Positions 58,983-64,000 of a DNA stretch of 64,000 nt are shown here, piece after piece. The stretch is from IMG/VR virus record IMGVR_UViG_3300045988_187870; one strand, 5' to 3'. The notes below the pieces were generated by a model. The model did not search any database, was not told where the DNA came from, and was given only the letters and a program-made list of their open reading frames with translations. How positions within the stretch are numbered: the stretch's first letter is position 1; each line of letters begins with the position of its first letter. The translations under genes were made by a program, and so were the position numbers. The DNA is from a virus.

Positions 58983-61900
58983 ATGAAAAAAGTCATAGCA
59001 ACAATCATGGCTGCGGCAGTTATGCTGTCGCAGCTTTCTTTACTCGTCAAGGCAACAGATGGTAATCCTTTAGCAGTATCAAATAGAGTGACTGCAGACA
59101 TTAATGAACTTAGACAGCGCGAAGAGGATATCAAAAATCAACGTGCTGCGCAAAAAGCAGCCTCAAGAGCCCTAATTAACTACGGAAAAACTACGGGAAA
59201 GACAAATGATCTCTCGTTTTATATAAATCGTAAAAATCTGACTAAACGCGAATTCGAAGCATTCAAGTGGTCATTTATATTTAGTCAGTTTGCACATCCT
59301 TTAGAAGATTCTTTATTAAATGTTTTTGATCAGGATTTCTTTCAAGAATTGTCTAAGGCTGATCTTGATATTGATTCAGTTAGAACGACGATTTTGAATA
59401 GTGGCTTAGTAGCAGATTCTGATGATATCAAAGCTAGCTCGATGGATACAGATCTTCAGGCAATGATGTTGCAAGATGTGAATTTTAATGAATTAGCTGA
59501 AGTTATAAAGTCTAATTATGCTATATACCCGTTAGTAGACTCAAATGGAACACCTGCAAGCCTGGATTCTTTTATATCAGGGGATCTCGGTCTTTATGAG
59601 CCTTTCTTTATCTATGACACCCATGGAACTGCTGATAGTGTTAATGAACTTAATGCACTTTTATATTCCAAGGATAAACTGACCGACCTGGATAAGAATT
59701 ATGGAGATAAATGGACTCTTACAGGGTTTACAACAGATGATTCTGCAGAACCCTATAAAGTGCCTGTATTATTTTATGACAGTAATACATTTTTAGCTAT
59801 GCAGATGGCAATGACAATCTACATGACAAATAATGATTACAGTTCTCTGACAGAAGCGGTGGCATTTCTTGGTGCGCAAACTTTAGCAGTAGATTCTTAT
59901 GGTAATATTTGCTTACAGAAGCAATCAGGCGACGCTGTTATATTTATCCCCAACTTTTATAATACAGTATTAACATCAGTGTTATGCGAGATAGATGGCG
60001 GTGAGAAGACTAAACAGGCTTTGCGTGAGACAATGGATTTGTTTAATGTTTGGTTTGTTGCATTGTATTCAAAAAACACTAGAACTCGTACAACTATTTA
60101 TCCAGCTGTTTATACAACACATGTAAATGGTAGTACATCAAAAATCGTAAACCCAGATACTGGCGAAATTGAAGAAAAGGCAACAGAAGTCTTAGCAGAC
60201 CATTACGCACAACTAATAGGAGGTACAAGTCACTCATTATCTCGAAAGTTTCTGTTGGTAGAAAACTCAATCATATCTCCAGGAGAACAGCAAACTCAGG
60301 CTGTAGTGGATAGTGCTATAGATAATAAAGATGATGAAACTGCATTAGCATTTTCTCATGCAGCAAAAATGATAGCAGAAAAAACATTGAGTGAGTATAT
60401 AGATTCTTGGTTTCCTGGAAACATGAGTTCACGTCCAAAATCTGACGCATCAAATGTTGGTACTCTCGTTTCACCTTATAACACACATGCTTCAGCATTT
60501 ATGCCATTTACTGCAAATGACTCGAGTAAACCAACATACTTTGAGAATAAGTATCCACTTGCACAAGCACAAGTTGCCTTTAAGGAAAAAGATGTAATAA
60601 GCTCTGATGCAGCAAGTGCAACAAACTTTAGCAGGTTTGCAGCTATACTTGAAAATGCAAAATGGAAGTATATACTCTCTCCGAGAAGAGGAAGCTATAG
60701 TACTCATAGTATACAGAGCTCCATGCATGCAGCATACAACGATAGTTCAAATATGATGGCTATTAATCCAACTGTTTCATTGATGACATCACTTCCAGCA
60801 GAGCAACTCATTCCAGACTTAAGATTTGTTAGTGCAAAGAAGAGCGAGCAATCAACAGGAGCTAGAACAGTAATATTTTTGCCAAAAGAAATACTTGACT
60901 TAGGACAGACCATGTCTGCATATACTCTATCAGATGAGAAAGGAATGTTCTTGTCTCAATATGAGGTTTATTTCTCGGGAGATATAGAAAGATTTCGAGA
61001 GTATATGCTGGGAACATATAATCAAGTTCTAGGTACAGATTCAGGCCGATTCTTGACAGTAGATTATGATAGTGGAGTGCTCAAGGTGAAATCACTAGCG
61101 ACCTTTAACAGAACCTATCTCACTGAAGACACTGAATTTACACTATCTTGGAGCACTAATAAATATACTAGTACAGATTTTTTCGATTATGTTCATTACA
61201 GTATTAAAGATGAGTATAAAAGCGGTCATTACAATGAGGGAGCACGATATGTTTATGAGGTCTTGAAGGAAAAAAAGGACGAAGATGGTAATACATATTA
61301 TGAAAATTATGATCCTCCAAAATACACCGTTAGTAGTGATGAGAAGTCCGGAGACAAGTACAGTTTTATTGCCGCTTATTATTATGATTCTGATATTATT
61401 GATCCGGGCATATCTACTGGTTCATGTAGCGAGATTCCAACACCAGATTACAAGTTGAAAAATGATAGTGCAGACGCTAAAATGAAAGCAGGAGCTCAAG
61501 CCTTATGGGCAGCAGGTGCTGCTATTGCAGGTATGTCAAAAGATGCAGAATATGGTAGTACTGAAGGATTTCAGAAGCTCTTAGCAGATGTGTGTGCATC
61601 ATGTGGCTTTAACACAGACGAATTCTATTACATGCTCGTAAACATCTATAGATTCAATGGAAAAGATAATGGTACATTTGGAATAAACAGTGTTTATTTC
61701 TATGATGAATATACTTGTCTATTGCGTAATGGTGCAACAGCATTTTCTGATATTGATTGTGAGAACTCTGATGACTTTGTGCAAACAACTTATTACTGGG
61801 ATAGATATTATTTAACTAAACAGCAGCTTTCTCAGGATGTTTCAGATTATGTAAACAAGCAGTATGAGTCTATAGATTCTTTAGTAAGTGATTATGAAAA

Positions 61901-64000
61901 TTATCTTAATCAGACATTTCAAACATCACTACAATATAGTTTTTCGCGGTATCTACAGGATTACAAGAGTACAGCAACACTTCCACCATTTGCAAACGAA
62001 TACGCACTGCAGGTTCAATCTTTAGCAGAGTGGAAGACTAAGAATCCTGCAGTATCAAAACTGCTACAAAGCAAACAAGCTTCTCTCGTGTATGAGTATT
62101 TAGCAGACGATACAATAATTCTATATCCATTTGGATGGGATGATTATTATTATGATCTACACTTGTATGCCGGAGCAGGGGATACAATATACCAACATTC
62201 AGCAAGTGGAGAGGCAAATACAGAGCAGATAAATGTAGCTAGAACTAAGACATCTGTTAATTTAATTCAGACACTATTAGCTCTGCAGAAGAATACAGAT
62301 TATCAGCACAATAATCTTAAAACAACATATACTCAGCGCATAGATGAAAATCATGTAACTAGGGAGGAATTGATGGATAAGGCAAATCAGTTCTTTGACA
62401 GTCCAGTCTCAGGGCTAAGCTACATCTTAACAGGATTCCTTTATCAGATTCATGAATCTGTAGCAACTGGAGATTTTGGTAGCATATTCAACATTAGCTA
62501 TTTAACAGAAACTGATGCATATAAGTGGATAATGGATAGATACATTGCATTAGTTACAATAGCTATTGCAATTGTATTATTCCTTAAGCTTATTCAATTC
62601 GCAATGAATAAGAGCAAGGATTTTGCACACATTGGACGTTCTATTTTAGGTATCTTAGCAATGTGTATGGTCCCTGTAGTAGTCTTTAACAGTTTTGTAT
62701 GGGCATTTGATGTCTCGTCAGATTGGGCGATGAAGAGTACATCAGATAAGATACTTCTTGCACAAATAAACAGATACTGTTCAGATGCAAATAATGATGG
62801 TAATGTGACTGCAGAAATTACTGCCTTTAAACAGCAATTTAGCAGTGTGAAGGGTACATATGATTGTCTGCAATTCGAGCAGATGACAAACTACTCACTT
62901 GGCTCCGGTCCAGTATATTCAGTAGTGCCTATTTCGGACATGATTGCAAATCTACAATATTCAACATCATATGACACATGGTACTCTAATAAATCATTTA
63001 TACCAGTCCATCAAGACTTATATAAGGATTCTTATTTCTACTTCTTTTATGACTATATTAAGCAAGAATTCTTAAAGTATTCAGCAGAGCACGATGACGG
63101 TAGTTCGGAAGTAAAACAAGCAGGCGAAAGCTTTGAAACTAATCGCAAAAGCTTAAAAGCAGGCTCTGCTGATGATATCGCAAAGGATATTAATGCAGCA
63201 GAAAATCTGTTCAGAACATCACGCGGCAGTTTCAGACGTATGCTTCTTGACACAGACTTTGTATATAAAAACTCTGTGCATGAAACACAAGAAGCAAGAT
63301 ATGGTGGACCTCATGCAACTGATTTAGCAGGTATGTACATGATTTTCGATGCGTCTGCAGCAGGACAAGTTACTAAGACCCTACAAGACACAGTGTACTT
63401 TAGAGCATATACAGATGCAGATGCAATGAAGGTATCTAATGAAGGAATGATATCTGAAACATGGCTGAATCAGAATGCGATTAGTGATTATGTAGAAAAA
63501 CAGATTTCTCTAGGCAAAGGTATTCGTGGTGACCCTGGAAAAGGTTCATATGCAATCTATACTTCAGGACTTGACCCATATGAAGGAACTTTGAATACAA
63601 ATGCTTATTTAACAGATGCAACAAATACAGCTACAGCACCTATTATAACACCACTCGAACAGGCGCTTATCGATGTTACAGAAAAGACATACAATCAGAC
63701 AATGACAGCTCTTAACTATCTTCCTGGACAGATGCATGATGAAGCAGCAATTGTGCTAATGGCTTATATTGCCACATTTAATCTCAATCAGGCGATGAGT
63801 TATGAACCTCAAGCACCTTTAACACAGTCTGTTACTCTGGATGATGTTGTTTCTACAGCATTCCTAACAGACCTTGACATGATAGGCACAGAGACGAATA
63901 CTCTATATGCTATGATAGCTCAAGGTGATAGTGTAGGTAAGGCAGCAATAGTTGTTATACTTGAAATAATCATTTGCTTATCGTCAATATTCAGAGTACT
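58983..64000 (+). CDS. giant secreted/surface protein (more than 1670 aa; partial, runs off the window) with a signal peptide and internal TM segments
   Basis: RBS ggggga 6 nt before the ATG; no in-frame stop found on manual codon-by-codon reading to the window end; absent from the ORF track because it has no stop. Confidence 0.6.
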   Translation, partial: MKKVIATIMAAAVMLSQLSLLVKATDGNPLAVSNRVTADINELRQREEDIKNQRAAQKAASRALINYGKTTGKTNDLSFYINRKNLTKREFEAFKWSFIFSQFAHPLEDSLLNVFDQDFFQELSKADLDIDSVRTTILNSGLVADSDDIKASSMDTDLQAMMLQDVNFNELAEVIKSNYAIYPLVDSNGTPASLDSFISGDLGLYEPFFIYDTHGTADSVNELNALLYSKDKLTDLDKNYGDKWTLTGFTTDDSAEPYKVPVLFYDSNTFLAMQMAMTIYMTNNDYSSLTEAVAFLGAQTLAVDSYGNICLQKQSGDAVIFIPNFYNTVLTSVLCEIDGGEKTKQALRETMDLFNVWFVALYSKNTRTRTTIYPAVYTTHVNGSTSKIVNPDTGEIEEKATEVLADHYAQLIGGTSHSLSRKFLLVENSIISPGEQQTQAVVDSAIDNKDDETALAFSHAAKMIAEKTLSEYIDSWFPGNMSSRPKSDASNVGTLVSPYNTHASAFMPFTANDSSKPTYFENKYPLAQAQVAFKEKDVISSDAASATNFSRFAAILENAKWKYILSPRRGSYSTHSIQSSMHAAYNDSSNMMAINPTVSLMTSLPAEQLIPDLRFVSAKKSEQSTGARTVIFLPKEILDLGQTMSAYTLSDEKGMFLSQYEVYFSGDIERFREYMLGTYNQVLGTDSGRFLTVDYDSGVLKVKSLATFNRTYLTEDTEFTLSWSTNKYTSTDFFDYVHYSIKDEYKSGHYNEGARYVYEVLKEKKDEDGNTYYENYDPPKYTVSSDEKSGDKYSFIAAYYYDSDIIDPGISTGSCSEIPTPDYKLKNDSADAKMKAGAQALWAAGAAIAGMSKDAEYGSTEGFQKLLADVCASCGFNTDEFYYMLVNIYRFNGKDNGTFGINSVYFYDEYTCLLRNGATAFSDIDCENSDDFVQTTYYWDRYYLTKQQLSQDVSDYVNKQYESIDSLVSDYENYLNQTFQTSLQYSFSRYLQDYKSTATLPPFANEYALQVQSLAEWKTKNPAVSKLLQSKQASLVYEYLADDTIILYPFGWDDYYYDLHLYAGAGDTIYQHSASGEANTEQINVARTKTSVNLIQTLLALQKNTDYQHNNLKTTYTQRIDENHVTREELMDKANQFFDSPVSGLSYILTGFLYQIHESVATGDFGSIFNISYLTETDAYKWIMDRYIALVTIAIAIVLFLKLIQFAMNKSKDFAHIGRSILGILAMCMVPVVVFNSFVWAFDVSSDWAMKSTSDKILLAQINRYCSDANNDGNVTAEITAFKQQFSSVKGTYDCLQFEQMTNYSLGSGPVYSVVPISDMIANLQYSTSYDTWYSNKSFIPVHQDLYKDSYFYFFYDYIKQEFLKYSAEHDDGSSEVKQAGESFETNRKSLKAGSADDIAKDINAAENLFRTSRGSFRRMLLDTDFVYKNSVHETQEARYGGPHATDLAGMYMIFDASAAGQVTKTLQDTVYFRAYTDADAMKVSNEGMISETWLNQNAISDYVEKQISLGKGIRGDPGKGSYAIYTSGLDPYEGTLNTNAYLTDATNTATAPIITPLEQALIDVTEKTYNQTMTALNYLPGQMHDEAAIVLMAYIATFNLNQAMSYEPQAPLTQSVTLDDVVSTAFLTDLDMIGTETNTLYAMIAQGDSVGKAAIVVILEIIICLSSIFRV

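Noticed and set aside
1-64000. An alternative genetic code, with TAG or TGA reassigned, prompted by the TAG inside the over-represented motif and by the TGA junctions
   Set aside because: Long ORFs of 500-1670 codons are intact under the standard code. Trp is encoded by TGG. The motif's TAG never falls in the coding frame. The TGA-then-GTG junctions have upstream RBS-like sequences consistent with ordinary coupled restarts. The standard code 11 fits.

Overview
The window has about 37-40% GC and is very gene dense. About 90 RBS-supported genes all sit on the + strand, many with ATGA or short overlaps and strong AGGAGG-type Shine-Dalgarno sites, so the host is a low-GC Gram-positive bacterium. 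There are no housekeeping genes. The window carries accessory functions, which suggests a large mobile element (huge phage, phage-plasmid or megaplasmid/ICE) rather than core chromosome.

Recognisable content:
- A bona fide tmRNA (ssrA) whose tag ends VALAA*.
- An XRE regulator and a sigma-70 family sigma factor.
- A PARG-like DUF2263 macrodomain protein and a putative ADP-ribosyltransferase-like protein.
- A DHH/DHHA1 phosphoesterase, a HipA-like kinase, an SPFH/flotillin protein and a tandem GNAT.
- A reverse transcriptase (group-II-like motifs, FLGF) whose start overlaps an upstream Zn-finger/HNH-like ORF.
- A sortase substrate with an SPDTG sorting signal.
- A Tad/Flp-like secretion-pilus locus (CpaB, two ParA-like, TadA ATPase, TadB/C, pilin-like genes) followed by a signal-peptide giant protein of more than 1670 aa that runs off the window.

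Three observations stand out.
1. The 8-9-mer (C)TTTAGCAG occurs about 85 times on the + strand against 2 of its complement. It is found in two coding frames and in intergenic DNA. This is far above expectation and completely strand-polarised, which argues for a DNA- or RNA-level signal.
2. A tandem family of six secreted-protein genes at 19.7-26.2 kb shares an MNIKK signal peptide and a conserved YNxxxFNLGAxVS C-terminus. Four copies have homopolymeric C tracts (C9, C10, C11, C8) directly after the signal peptide that put the mature domain out of frame. One copy is in frame with an interrupted tract, and there are two truncated cassette-like remnants. This is the signature of a phase-variable or slippage-controlled, cassette-bearing variable surface-protein system.
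3. Three tandem 38-bp units at 45338-45451, each a perfect palindrome with compensatory changes, lie immediately upstream of the Tad-like operon.
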